Assembly (NCBI RefSeq): GCF_030684315.1
Contig: NC_081373.1
Location: 52,686,864-52,750,863 of the forward strand
Length of the DNA: 64,000 nucleotides
Source of the DNA: Stegostoma tigrinum
Taxonomy: Eukaryota
Direction of reading: 5' to 3'
Positions 37,010 through 49,958 of the stretch are shown one piece after another. The translations under genes were made by a program, and so were the position numbers. The first letter of the stretch is position 1. The number at the start of each line of letters is the position of its first letter. A model generated the notes under the pieces. The model had not been told where the DNA came from, searched no databases, and saw only the letters and a list, made by a program, of their open reading frames with translations.

Positions 37010-37522
37010 CTGGATGTAAGTTTGCTCACTGAGCTGGAAGGTTAGTTTTCAGACGTTTCGTCACCATTCTAGGTAACGTCATCAGTGAGCCTCTGACGAA
37101 GCGCTGGTGTTATGTCCCGCTTTCTATTTATCTGGTTAGGTTTCCTTGGGTTGGTGATGTCATTTCCTGCATTGGTGATGTCATTTCCTGTTCTTTTTCG
37201 CAGAGGATGGTAGATGGGCTCCATATCAATGTGTTTGTTGATGAAGTTCCGGTTGGAATGCCATGCTTCTAGGAATTCTCATGCGTGTCTCCGTTTGGCT
37301 TGTCCTAGGATGGATGTGTTGTCCCAATCAAAGTGGTGTCCTTCCTCATCTGTATGTAGGGATACGAGTGATAGTGGGTCATGTCGTTTTGTGGCTAGTT
37401 GATGTTCATGTATCCTGGTGGCTAGCTTTCTGCCTGTTTGTCCAGTGTAGCGTTTGTCACAGTTCTTGCAAAGTATTTTGTAGATGACGTTCGTTTTGCT
37501 TGTTGTCTGTATAGGGTCTTTT
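37010..37522 (-). mobile_element. Penelope-like element 3' end (GIY-YIG and terminal repeat with intact hammerhead motif at 37049-37088)
   Basis: NVIYKILCKNCDKRYTGQTGRKLATRIHEH; minus strand TCA-CTGATGA-C-GTTACC-TAGAAT-GGTGAC-GAAAC-GTC-TGA. Confidence 0.93.
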
Positions 37523-39864
37523 ATTTGTTGGTGCTTCAAAGATAGGGGACTTTATTCCTTTTACATGTATATTCCCCCACTCAGAGCTCAGTGCATTAAT
37601 CTCATGCCAATGCTGCTGTCAGTGAGATGAAACAGTCACTGATATAATGGGCTTTAAATGGAAAACTGTTACGTTATAAATATGTTTCAAGGATCTGCAT
37701 ATGAAAGACTTCAGCAATCACTGATTGCAGCTGACTAATGAACAACAGATTGAAAATAGCCTGAGTGCAAGTTTCTCTACCTTACATTAATACAACAGCA
37801 TCAGCAAGGTATATTCTTAATAATTAAATGCTTTACATTAATTACACGGGGTGCTTTTTCCTGTTATAATTCACTGTAAATGTTGTGTAGGTGTGTCATA
37901 CATTGCAGTCTGATGCTTTGTATGATTGAAACTAAGCTAAAACATAACTTAGGGAAAATAAAATAAATCATATCAATGCAGGTAATGGATATTTGGTCTC
38001 TATACAATGACAAGGGAATTAAGAAAAATGATTGAACACAAAATATGATATTTGACACACTTATCTAAGCACGTCAATTACTGCAGCAATTGGCTAGTAC
38101 AAGAGTTTTGTGTGCTGATTTAGAATTCAATGAAGCATGGCACAAAGCACTTCAGAAATTTAATGCTGAACTAATTATTCCATCAACCAACTCAAACAAT
38201 CACTTATCACAATCATCAGTTTTATCTGGTTTGCCATTTCACCGGCACACAATCCCTAATGACTACTACCTGCAACATACAATGATTTGACAAGGAGTAA
38301 AATACCTAATGCAGAATCACGTAAGAAGTTAAAACACAAAATAAGTGCATTCTTAATGCTTCCACATTTTTCAAACGAGCATGATCTTCCCATTTGTATG
38401 GTTGGAATCAGAGATCTCAAAGCTGCACCACAAAGCACAAAAAGAGAAAGACATTAGTCTTAATGTGTGGGTGAAATACCTTAGAAATATAGATAGATGA
38501 ATGGTGGACTAATGGCTTTACATGTATAGTGGCAAGAAAGAAGCAATTGTCAAGCAGAGCAAATGTCACAGGCACCCCCTTTGTTTGAAAGTGCTGCTTC
38601 AAAGAGGATGGTATTCCTTTTCTGCCTTTGAGGAAGACCCTGTGTGGGAGGATATGTGGGTTTCACTATCATGCCACAACTGGTGGTGCCTTCAGCTACA
38701 GCATAACTCAATTGCACAAACTAGGCAGATCCTAAAACACAACACACAAAGGATAAATAAAAGCAACTAAGTGATAGGCAAAGAGTGGGTTGAAGAATGC
38801 TACCTCCTGTTGAGATGGCAGCTAAGAGAAACCAGCTCATCATAAGTCTTAAAGCAGGAAAAGACAGGTAGGTCACAATTAAACATTTCCCCTTCTCTTC
38901 AGCGTACCCACAGCGCAGCAGCACAAATTGCTGCCGTGATCTGCTTCTGTGATCAATATTTATTGGAGGCTTTGCACAAACAACGAAGTGGAACAGGCTG
39001 ACACAGTGAATTGCTATTTGTGGTGCATTACTGGGGCAGAATTAGCTATTGCATGGCCCACACACCAGTTACTGCACTGCAAAAGTCATTCATGGTTTGA
39101 AGAGCTTAGAGACATTTTGACTCAGTGCGGCACCTCCCAAATGCAAGTACATTTGTGCACAAAGCAAAGTAGCAACTAGCAAACACTGTAATGGAATTGT
39201 GCAATGTGTGGGAGAATAGTTTCCTTTCTGGGTAAATTTCCATAAAAGGGTAAAGTGTGTGAACAACAAGGAGAAAGGGTAGCAGGAAGAGTTGGTTTTA
39301 TTATTGTCCATTACTGTTAAGACCTTACTCATTGCTGCTCTCATTCACAAATGACTGAATGAAAATAAGTCAGAAAACTGAGTCACTTTTTATTTTTTAA
39401 TAACTGTTGACAACCATATTAAAGAAAAGTCCTGCAGAGATATACAGCATCAATAGGGGGACAAATATACACTGAATTAAAAATGTGATCTAAATTCATA
39501 CCAGGGCTAAGAGGTATCTTCATCTCGAATGTACTTGGACAGCACAAGAGGGAAAAAGGACATTGTACGCAAATAGCCCAGGTTGAAATTGTCCTTGGTG
39601 CCAGCACATAATCATAATCATGTTATCTGTCCTATTTCCATATTCCTTCATCTCTATCTTTTCAATCTAATCATGAATGTTGGCATAAGGTTGAACTTCA
39701 AGACACCTCGATGAGTGGGTACCAGACTAAAAGGCCAGAAACTGTAAATATGCCAGGGAACCAGTGGGAATCCCTCCACCTCCACATTTTGTGCTGTATT
39801 TAGAAGACAAGAAACTGCAATGAGAAAGGCGAATACAACACTTACCCATATTAAAAGGCAATCA

Positions 39865-39995
39865 TTTTATTCACTCACTAGATGTGGGTGTTGCTGGCTG
39901 GGCCAGCATTTATTGATACCCTTGAGAAGGTGGTGGTGAGCTGACTTCTTGAACCACTGCAGCCCACGTGCTATCGGCAGACCCATCGTGCCATT
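39865..39995 (-). mobile_element. LINE 3' end sharing the AATAAATGCTGG tail
   Basis: GLQWFKKSAHHHLLKG followed by AATAAATGCTGGCCCAGCCAGC; likely partner LINE of the second SINE family. Confidence 0.7.
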
Positions 39996-40510
39996 CACGG
40001 GGTTAAAGATCACATTCCTAGTGGTTGGCTCCGAGGCTTCCTGGCACTCACCAGGCTGAACAAGGCAAGAGCAGAATGCATACTGACAAGCTTGGGAGCC
40101 TGTAAGTACTGAGTTAAGGCACCTGTTTTCCTGCCGAAGTGAAAGGTAAGTGAAAGTGACAGAAGATGTCATTGTGCTCTCAAGCAACATTTGCACAACA
40201 TTATGTAAACACCACCAGCCTGTTTGAATTCCATCAGAGTCACTCAGCTCCTGATCTCATTGTAGGTTTGACCCAAACATGGACAAAAGAGTTCAACTCT
40301 ATTGGGTAGAGGTGCAACAGCATCTGTAGCCACTTATTGGAACTGGGTGAAATACCCGAAACTGAAAGGGACACTCAGCTTTAGATGTGGCTGAATTCAT
40401 AACACAAATTAGTGCCATAATCTATAATCCATTCTTCTCACTGATATTCAGTTCTGATCTAGTATTGCATCATACCACTTTCAAAAGGCAGAAAGCCACT
40501 TCGCAATAAT

Positions 40511-40770
40511 TGGGTGACGCGGTGGCTCAGTGGTTAACCCTGTTGCTTTGCAGCCAGGTGCAATCCAGGCTCAATTCCATCCTCAGGTGACTGTCTGTGT
40601 GGAGTTTGCACATTCTCTCCATTTCTGTGTGGGTTTCCTTAGGGTGCTCTAATTTCCTCCCTCAGTCCAAAGATGTGCACAGTAGGTGGAATGGCTATGC
40701 TAAATTGCCCATAGAGTACAGGCTAGGCTGGTTAGGCATGGGAAATGCAGGATTACAGAGATGGGGTGAG
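40511..40770 (+). mobile_element. HE1-type SINE
   Basis: GGTGGCTCAGTGGTTAA head and CAGTCCAAAGATGTGCA body. Confidence 0.85.
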
Positions 40771-41899
40771 ACATTGGAGATTTAAACTGAAATTTAGAAT
40801 GACAAACATTGAACAGAACAGGAATAGCATTACAATCTAAGTTTTTACCAATCAAGTGCTATGCAATACCAAGATAACTTCACTGTTTTTTGTAATCTAT
40901 TTCTTGATTGATAAAGGCAAGTGTCCCATCTGCCTTTTTCACCACCGGACTAACAAGGAGAAAAAAAATGGAAAAGAGGAATATACAAAAGGATTGGAGA
41001 AGCTCTGGTTGGAGGATCCTACTCCATTGCCATTTTGACCATTTGATGGTCCATTCCAGTGGGAGTTGAACAATCTAAATAAGAACTGACAAGCTGACAG
41101 AATTCTAAGTCGCCAGAGTGCAGACCATCATGCCTTACATGCTGAGGTCAGGTCACATAGAGTGTGTATTGTATGCCATATGGTTGTTAGATATTTCATT
41201 CAGTCCTCATGTCACTGGGAGAATCAATCTTCCCATCGCCAATGGCCAGACATTCAAGACACAGGCATGTCTCCAGCAGTCTAGCCTTCACTGATGTCAA
41301 TGTGGCAAAGACTGAAGGACCAGTGACCTTCTTCTTCCTGCGGCTCTGCAGACTCACCCTGGAAGGACTGAAGGTGAATGTTATCAGGGGATGGCATTTC
41401 ACGGAGGCTCACTGGGAAAGATAAGGATGACATTGTAAATAAGATGGGATGGAGTGACTGGTGGCTGTTTAGGTGGCATAGTGCAAAGCTGAGTGAAAGA
41501 CAAGGCTAGGTGTAGCTGCAAGGTTTGTTGCCCTGTGGACTGATGCTCAGGAGAAGGCTGGGGTGAAAGCATAATGCGGAGGGATGAATGTGGAGCATCG
41601 CTTATCTTTCCTGTCCTGATCAGAGTCACTGAGCCTCTTACAGCTACATATCAAGGAATGAGGTAGTCACTGGTCATGCCAACTTGATCTCTGCAGCTGA
41701 TTTCTTGCTCACATCTACATCCCGTTGTGAAAGGAATTGTTTAATAGCTCTTTACAGCCCACAACATGATGTTTGAGAAATGTGGTATAGCCTTTGAGAT
41801 TGCTTTGGTTTCGGTCCGACCGTTCCAGGCTACTTCTTTGCAAGGCCCAGGAGCAGAAGCAGAATGCTGCTAGTCATTAGTGCAGTACTGTGAGATAGG

Positions 41900-42540
41900 G
41901 TCACAGAGTCATACCATGCGGAAACAGGCCCTTCGGCCCAAATCATCCATGTCGATCACGTTTCCTAAACTGAACTAGTCCCATTTGCTGCTTTCCCAGT
42001 TCTGAGAAAAAGTCACTGGACCCGAAATGTTAACTCTGTTTTTTCCTTCACAGATTCTGCCAGACCTGCTGAGCTTTGCCAGCAACTTTGTTGTTGTTCC
42101 TGATTTACAGCATCCACAGTTCTTTCTGAATTTTTTTTAGTCCCATTTGCTTGTGTTTGGCCCATATCCCTCTAAACCTTTCCTATCCATGTACCCGTCC
42201 AAATGGGGCATTCTAAACTTTGTAACTGTGCCTGCCTCTACCACTTCTCTGACAGCTTGTTCCATATTCACACTAGACTATGTAAGAAAAAATTACTCCT
42301 CAGGTCCATTTTAAATCTTTCACCTCTCACCTTAGAGCCATGCCCTGTAACTATGAATTTCCTTACCCAGGGCAAAAGACCTTGGCTATCCACCTCATCA
42401 ATGCCGGCTTTGATTCTATAAACCTCAATAAGGTCACAGCTCAGCCTCCAACACTCCAGGGAAAAAATGTTCCAGCCTATCCAGCATCTCCTTATAACTC
42501 AAACCTTCCAGCCCAGGTAACATCCTTGAAATTCTTTCAC
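41900..42540 (-). mobile_element. CR1 3' end containing a Penelope fragment (41990-42137)
   Basis: Reverse CR1 tail GGAAACAGGCCCTTCGGCCC. The insert is flanked by a perfect 14-bp TSD TAGTCCCATTTGCT and has a decayed hammerhead (CTGAGAAAAAGTCACTGGACCCGAAATGTT). Confidence 0.85.
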
Positions 42541-43389
42541 CCAAACAGACTCATTGTACTCAGAAATATGTGATTTAGCTTGAGATGAACACTGGTTACG
42601 CTAAATTGTGCTCAAAAATAAACAGCAGAGAGGGAATGCTTTTCAACAGGAGAGTCGTTGGATTTTTCAAACACTGCTTGTTATTTCACATTCACTTAGA
42701 AACGAGAAAGTTGTTCTACACCCTTATGAGTGAGAGACAATAGCAACTAATTATCAGAATTATATGCTGAGGATGATTAGAGAGGGCAATCTTATCTAGA
42801 GCCTTATGGAGCCAGGCTCCAGTTCCATGTGATCTGATGGTACTGTGACGCAGCCCAACAGTTATCTCAGAATTAAAAGATTAGTAACCATTTCCTTTAC
42901 AGCCATCACCCATCGTTCTGAACTGGTTTGCAAACCCAGACGTCAGACGTGGCCGAATTAAAAAGCCACTGACGAACGAACTGCTGAAACCTCTGAGATC
43001 CTGACGCACTGTCAGTCTCTCCCACGACAAACGGGTCTGACAACTAAAATTCAACCTGTAATTTTCACCTCCACCACTGGAACTGAACTTCACTGCATCT
43101 CAACTCTCTGCCAATCTCAGGTGACAGGTCTAACCGAAATGAAGAGTAGAAATGTGTTTTCTTTTTGAGTGCTGATGCAGTCAGAACAGTTCGAAACATT
43201 CCCTAACACAACGGGCAGGGATAAGGACTGAAGCAGTCAGGTGACCCATAAAGAGTCATAGTGATCTGAAGATGAGGGACACCATGGGGGTCTTCGTGTG
43301 GCTCGGTGAGTCCAAAGGTTATGACCTTTGAGGCAATGCTTATTAAATTAGAATGCAGCTCCTCAAACTCCCTCCACATTCATTGTCCT

Positions 43390-43760
43390 CCAACATTGTT
43401 AGTTCCCACATGAGCTATGACAGCCAGATCCTAAACCATCTCTCCAGCTGCAAAAGCTGTCTCAGAACTTATCTTCTTCAGAGCTCCCCGCAAAGAAAGT
43501 CGATGCCTGTCACTGGCACTATCCTCGTATCACTAGCACATTCCTGTTTACTTAATCCTCAAGAATGATGCCAGTAAAGTTCCATGGTAAGATTTTCCCA
43601 TTCGCCCTGCAGGTCTTGTTATCTGCGCAGGCAGCATGTTGAGACTGGCCCATCACTGTTTAGAAGTTATCAGACTATGGAGGGCATCATAACTGAGCTC
43701 AGTTTTATCCTTCTGTGCTTCTGGGGATTGATGTGCACTAACCAAGGAGTTTCAGCCCTT
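43390..43760 (+). pseudogene. Possible Harbinger transposase N-terminal relic
   Basis: HLLQL...MPVTGTILVSLA weakly resembles CHLLQ...LPVAVKVTVAL. Confidence 0.3.
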
Positions 43761-43779
43761 CCATTGCAGCCTTAGCCAC

Positions 43780-44175
43780 TATCAGTCGTGGGTCAATGGT
43801 GGTACATTTGCCCCACGTCTAACAGTTGTGTGCTCAAACTCCCCCCAGGGCTCCCCACTGTAAGGAACAAAATTTAACACACCAGTGTTAGACACACCAG
43901 TGACAGTACTGTTGGATAAAGCATTAAATCAAGTTGTAGTCTACCCTTGCAAGTGGATTCAAACAATCGAAAAGGCCAATTAAAAGAAGCGCAGAGGAAT
44001 TCTCCAGGCAACCTTTTCAACAGTTATCTTTCAACCAGTGTCACACCAAAAAAATGTAAGAGCTTTCTGTGTGTAAATTGGCAGTGGATTTTCTTACCTT
44101 ATAGAACCCTAAGCATTTTACTGAGAGTACAGTACTTTAGCTCATTCTGAATCAGTAAAAGGTACTACACAAATG
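43780..44175 (+). mobile_element. Deu-domain SINE, decayed
   Basis: tRNA-like head and GAGCTTTCTGTGTGTAAATTGGCAG Deu core. Confidence 0.55.
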
Positions 44176-44288
44176 AAAATATCAACCAAGGTTCAAATAT
44201 TGAGACTAGCTAATCTGTATATATGGTCTCTATAGTGTAGATTTTACTAAATAAATGCAATGGTAAGAAAATGTTGATCAGAGCATTT

Positions 44289-44583
44289 AGGGGCGGCTTG
44301 ATGGTTAACACTGTAGCCTCACAGCTCCAGGGACCCGGGTTCAATTCCAGCCTCGGGCAACTGTCTGTGTGGAGTTTGCACATTCTCCCTGAGTCTGCGT
44401 GGGTTTCCTCCCACAGTCCAAAGATGTGCAGGCTAGGTGGATTGGCTGTGCTAAATTGCCCGTAGTGTTCAGGGGTGTGTGAATTATAGATGAACGGGTC
44501 TGGGTGGGATGCTTCAAGGGGCGGTGTGGACTTGTTGAGCCAAATGGCCTGTTTCCACACTGTAGGGAATCTAATCTAATCTA
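44289..44583 (+). mobile_element. HE1-type SINE
   Basis: GGGACCCGGGTTCAATTCC B box and tail CACACTGTAGGGAATCTAATCTAATC. Confidence 0.93.
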
Positions 44584-44899
44584 AAATATATTGGCCTTTT
44601 AAGCCAATGGGTAACTACAAATTGGCCCCTGTCAGCACCAATATTTTATTAACTCTGCTCAGATGTGCTATGAAACAACTCCAGGGCAGATGGAATATGA
44701 GCTTGAATCTACTTGGCCTAAGGCAGGGACACTACCACCATGTTGCGAGGTCTTGCTTCTCAGTATAGCTAGCCTTGGGATTAATTAAGCAAATGACTAA
44801 ACATAAAGGGGAACAGGGATAGTAGATCTGGATTCAAGTCCCACCTGTTTTAGAAGTGTGTCATAACATGACCGAAGAGGTTGATTAAAAAATAATTGT

Positions 44900-47640
44900 G
44901 AGAATACCCTGATTAGGCCACAGGCATCAATATAAAAGGGGAATTGTAACTAGAAAGATGGAGGGTAGTGATACATTTGACAATTATATAAAACTCAGGG
45001 ACTGTAACAGAATAAAAAATCCCAGGAATGTCAAGCAAATGTTTTATATGTGACTCAAAATACCACTATGAAATTAATTGTTCTAAGCAGAATAGTGAGG
45101 TTTTGTAATAATGCATGATATATATGGGTTCTCAGAAAGAGAAGATGGCAGTATTGATCAGGGAGATGAAATTAACAAGGAGCCTCAGCCCAGTAATGAA
45201 CAATTTAATTTTGGATTCATTCAATTGCACAATTATGAAATAGCTGGATCAAACTACGAGTTTTTTTCCTTCATTCATTCACAGGATGAGGGCATCGCTG
45301 ACCAGGCAGCATTTATTGCCCATCTCTAATTGCCCAGACGGCAGTTGAGAGTCAACCACATTGCTGTGGGTCTGGAGTCACATGTAGGCCCAGGCCAGGT
45401 AATGATGGGCAGTTTCCTTTCCTAAAGGACTTTAGTGAACCAGGTGGGTTTTTCCAGCAATCGACAATAGATTCATGGTCATCATCAGACTGTTAATTCC
45501 AGACATTTATCGAATTCGAATTCCATCATCTGCCATGGCAGGATTCAAGCCCGAGTCCCCGGAACTTTATCTGGGTCTCTGGGCTAACAGTCCAGCAATA
45601 ATACCACTGGGCCATTGCCTTCCCTTCACTATAGCAACATAGGCAGAGTTCAAGTGAAATACCTTCACTATGGAGCATCCTGTTTATGAAAAGGGCTCAA
45701 ATTAAACCTGACACGGAACACGACACGGCACTTGTTTTTGGAAAGTCAGTGGATTCACAGTTTATATAATCCAGAGATTATAATATTCCCTTCACAAAAT
45801 CTACCTCTCGAAATAAAAATATCCAAGCATCAGTTATTGGCATCAGAAGACAGGAGTTTAAAAGGAAAAAGAGGCGAATAATTTTAAATTACATTGGCAC
45901 TTTGCCCAGCCATCTTCTCACAAAAATCCTACCAAGGGACAATGAATGCACTAAACTTACAGAAGAGAGCAGCATTGAATGTAATATACATTAGAATGAT
46001 CGGAAGATGACGCTGCAGCTCAAAGAGAGTCTCCAATTAGCAAGAGACCTCAGTAAAGTTTTGGCAATGGACTTGAACATATGAGATTAAAAAAACTCAT
46101 AGACACAGCAACTAGAATCAGCCAGTCTACATTAATAAATAGTAAAGAGAAATGAATACTTGTGGACAAGATAATGGAGAAATGGATAGGGACGAGACCA
46201 GGAATGCCAGCTAAATTCCTCACTTATGATCAAAGGGTGAATTTACCACAAATGAATTTAGGGACATGTGTGAAAATAAGAACATTGTGCTAATGAACAC
46301 AGCAGCAGAAAAATCTCTTTAGTCATGGAGTGTGTAGACAAGATTTTGTGGTGATAGATGAGATGCTTCATAAAATCTTAACCAACCAATTTGTAAATTA
46401 TCATCCGCTCTGACATGGATAGTACATGTGAAGAAATGGCTGGAGGGCTATAGTCCATATCAATTTGTTTTGGACAGAAATCCAAAAATTCCTTTGTTAA
46501 TGAGTGATCATCATTTGGCTACAATTGGAACCAAGTGTTTTAAGTACTTGTATGTCCATTAAGGCTGAGGTTTCAGAATAAAAAATTAGTGAGGTTTACA
46601 ACATTATATAAGGCCATCAGAAGTGAATTTCATCCATGGGAAACGGTATATTACAGAAAAGAAAGGAAGAAAGAGTGAAAAGGACCAGGTAAGGCTAAAG
46701 GAAGAACAATAATTACCCATATGGCAATAAAATATTTAGAATGCATTCCTCAAGGTTAATTGTCACTTGCAGAATCTGAATTTGTCAGAGAAAATACTAA
46801 GACGACACACTCTCCATAGACACATATGCTGGATGGACAATTAGGAGAACCAGATTTCAAGGGATGAAGGACTGACTACATATGGACAAAATTATGAGAA
46901 GATGATTAATTGCCCCAGAGGGTAACAACCTAAAGTAGGCACCAATTCAAATGATTTCCCAGAAGAAATGGAATCATGCCACCATTACAGGGAGTGCAGG
47001 GAAAGACAGACAAACATTGGCTAAATGTACAAGAGGAGGGCAAGAGGTAAGGTCCATAGATTGGCAAAATGTGATAAGGATATGGAATACAACAAAATGC
47101 AGAAAATGTTCTGAAAAGGCACTTGGAGGTAAACTTGTCCCAAGGTAAAAATTTTAAAGTTATGAAAGGAATTCTGATCATAGACGTGGAAATCTTGTAA
47201 TAATTGGCCAGTATAGGATTGGAAGGATAACATAGGTGATAGTCTGACAAAAACAAGGGGTGTGGAACAGATTGGAAATACCACAAGAAGTCCCTACAAT
47301 TTCAGTGGCTACAAACAAAAGTAGAATGTTAATTGACAAAAACAGCTAAATGTAGAGATATGGACAGTTGGACAAAATTAGGTGTATTAACTGAGGAACC
47401 AGCCAAAAAACAGCTGGCCTTATCATACAGCTGCTTGTGTGTGAAACATATTCCCAGATTGGACAAACAATGTCAGAGTGGCTCAGAGTTTCAAAGGAAA
47501 GATTTGAGGATAAAACATTGTTGGGTTTTCTGTTGGCCAGACAATCATCCTTTCATTGTATTCAGATGGTTCCAATGAAATGAATTAGAATAATTATTCA
47601 GGAAAAATTAGACTATTAAGTACATAGCCTGACTACCAAG
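44900..47640 (+). mobile_element. Ty1/Copia (GalEa-like) LTR retrotransposon internal relic
   Basis: In order: gag knuckle KCFICDSKYHYEINC (45037), protease end MKRAQIKPDTEHDTALVFGKSVD, integrase KLHWHFAQPS / WIGTRPGMPAKFLT / GEFTTNEFRDMCENKNIVLMNTAAE / GYSPYQ, then RT start AKCRDMDSWTKLGVLTEEP. Integrase precedes RT. Confidence 0.75.
45265..45624 (-). mobile_element. Second-family SINE, full length, inserted in the Copia relic
   Basis: Reverse of 8044-8395, including head and tail. Confidence 0.88.
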
Positions 47641-47829
47641 TAACTATACAAACAATCCCACTTTTACCTTACACCCTCCCAGTTACATGTCCCTCAGGTC
47701 CCTATATATCACCCAAACACCACACCACCACCCCCACCACCATCTCTCCCCCCCCCCCACTCCATCCCAGGACCCAACTCCCAATTCCCGTCTTCTATCC
47801 CTGGCTGCCCTACTTGGATCTGACCAAAA

Positions 47830-48030
47830 AAGGTATGATTTACCTTAAGGGAAGAGACAGACCAGTTAAACAAGTTTAAGAAGTTTGATATAAATTATTT
47901 GGATGTGAATGTAGGAGGTATGGTTAAGTTTTTAAATGATACCAACATGGTGGTATCGTGGACAATGAAGAAGGTTACCTCAGAGTACAACAGGATCTTT
48001 GTAGATGGACCGATAGGCCGAGGAGTGGAG
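47830..48030 (+). mobile_element. CR1 RT fragment
   Basis: ...DTNM..IVDNEEGYLRVQQDL (region following FADD). Confidence 0.6.
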
Positions 48031-48421
48031 TAAGTACATTTAGGAATAAGAAGGTCTTGTGGCACTGGGTCATAAGGTCCACATTCAACTCTCCCTCTGC
48101 CTTGGATGTGTTGTCTAACATATGCAACAGGTTGTTTTTTTTAAGGGGTGAATGGGCTCTGGGCTACTGAGTGCATGTTATGAGCGGTGTGGCTGCTTAG
48201 TCAAATTTTATTTCTTGCAAGTATTATGGACCAGGCCAAAACCCACTAAAATATATTGAGAAGGTAGTGTAGACCCTAACTTTTTCTTATTTTACAGGCG
48301 AGTGCTAGGCGTTGCATTCTGGATGCAATTTGATTGGCCAGACTACCAGTCTTGAAGCAAATCACACTTTGTTCATACAGCATTGTTAAGATACTACAAA
48401 AGGAAGAAGAAATTGGAATAA

Positions 48422-49958
48422 GATTGGTAGCTGGGGTTGTGGATGTTGCGGTTGGTTCGCTCGCCGAGCTGGTTCGTCAGTTCATAGACATTTCATTACC
48501 CTGCTGGGTAACGTCATCAGTGCAGCCTCTGATGAAGCGCTGTCGTGTTTTCCCACCTTGCATTTAAATTCTGGAGTCCCTTGAGCTGAATTACCTCACT
48601 TCCAGTTTTCCTTTGGTCTAGCTCTATGTATTTATCGATGGCTTTCTTCACGGAGAACGAGGCTTCTTGAAATTCCTGTGCTTGTCTCTGCTTTGCCTGT
48701 CCCAAGCTCCTGGTGCTGTCCCAGTCGAATTGGTGGCTCTCCTTATCCATGTGGATGGAGGTGAGTGAGTATTGGTCATGTCTTTTTGTCGCCAATTGAT
48801 CGTGTGCCCTTGTGGTTAATTGCCTTCCTGTTTGTCCAATTTAGTATTAGTCACAGTCTTCGCAGGGAATCTTGTATATGACAATGGTCCTGTCCATAGT
48901 GGGTAGTGGGTCTGGGTGTGCAGTTGGTGTAGGGATGATGTGGGTTTGCGTGCTACTCTGATGCCCAGTGATTGTCGGAGTCTTGTGGTCAGTGCAGATG
49001 TGTTCCTGATGTAAGGTAGCGTGGTGAGTGTGTCGGGGCATGTAATATCTTCCTGTTGTTGTGTGTGTGATATGAATCTTTGTCATTATTAAACGGGCCA
49101 AACTAGTGGAGTCGCACAAACTAATAAACAACACCCTCACTGGGATCAGATTCACCAGAGATGAGGAAAGGAACAAACAGCTTCTATTCCTGGATGTCAT
49201 GGTGGAACAAAGGTACACAGGAAAGCCCCACACACTGACCAAGTACTGAATTTCAACAGCTTTCGCTCTCACACACACAAACGAAGTTGCATGAGAACAT
49301 TATTTCAAAGGGCAATAACGCACTTGAGCAGCACAGAGTTAGGCCCAAAGAAGAGTACCTCTTCCAAGTATTCAAAGACAATGGATACCCAAAAAACTGG
49401 GTCAGAAAATGCCTATCACATGCACAACAACAGGAAGATACTACACACCCCAATGCACGCATCACGCTACCTTACATCAGGAACACACCCAAACTGACCA
49501 CAAGACCCCTACGACCACTAGGTGTCGGAGTAGCACACAGGTCAAGCAGAGACAAGCACAGGAATTCCTAGAAGCCTGGTACTCCACTAAGAAAGCCATT
49601 AATAAACACATAGAGCTAGACCCCATATACACTCAATTGTGAAGGAAAACTGGAAGTGAGGTAAGAGAAATAATGGGAACTGCAGATGCTGGAGAATCCA
49701 AGATAATAAAGTGTGAAGCTGGATGAACACAGCAGGCCAAGCAGCATCTCAGGAGCACTGCTTGGCTTGCTGTGTTCATCCAGCTTCACACTTTATTATC
49801 CTGGAAGTGAGGTAATCCAGCTCAACGGACCCCAGAGTTTAAATACCTGGCAGGAAAACACAACAGAGCTTCATCAGAGGCTGCACTGATGATGTTACCT
49901 AGCAGGGTAAAGAAATGTATGCGGAAAAACAAACCAACTCGGCGAGCGAACCAACCAC
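48422..49958 (-). mobile_element. Penelope-like element with a long inverted segment
   Basis: Perfect 15-bp TSD AAGAAATTGGAATAA (48407-48421, 49959-49973). Minus arm has IVIYKIPCEDCD (GIY-YIG); plus arm has FLDVMVE, RTLFQRA and ITLPYI. Degenerate hammerheads at 48484-48523(-) and 49883-49922(+). Confidence 0.9.
49665..49800 (-). mobile_element. Penelope-derived palindromic mini-element nested in another Penelope
   Basis: Perfect 15-bp TSD CTGGAAGTGAGGTAA (49650-49664, 49801-49815); ~43-bp inverted arms. Confidence 0.9.

Noticed and set aside
40135-40152. Strong splice donor AAG|GTAAGT
   Set aside because: No convincing upstream acceptor or reading frame; such a motif is expected by chance in 64 kb.
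41040-41800. Possible second Harbinger Myb relic
   Set aside because: Only faint motif similarity (FTD..., WNEV); too weak to call without an HMM search.
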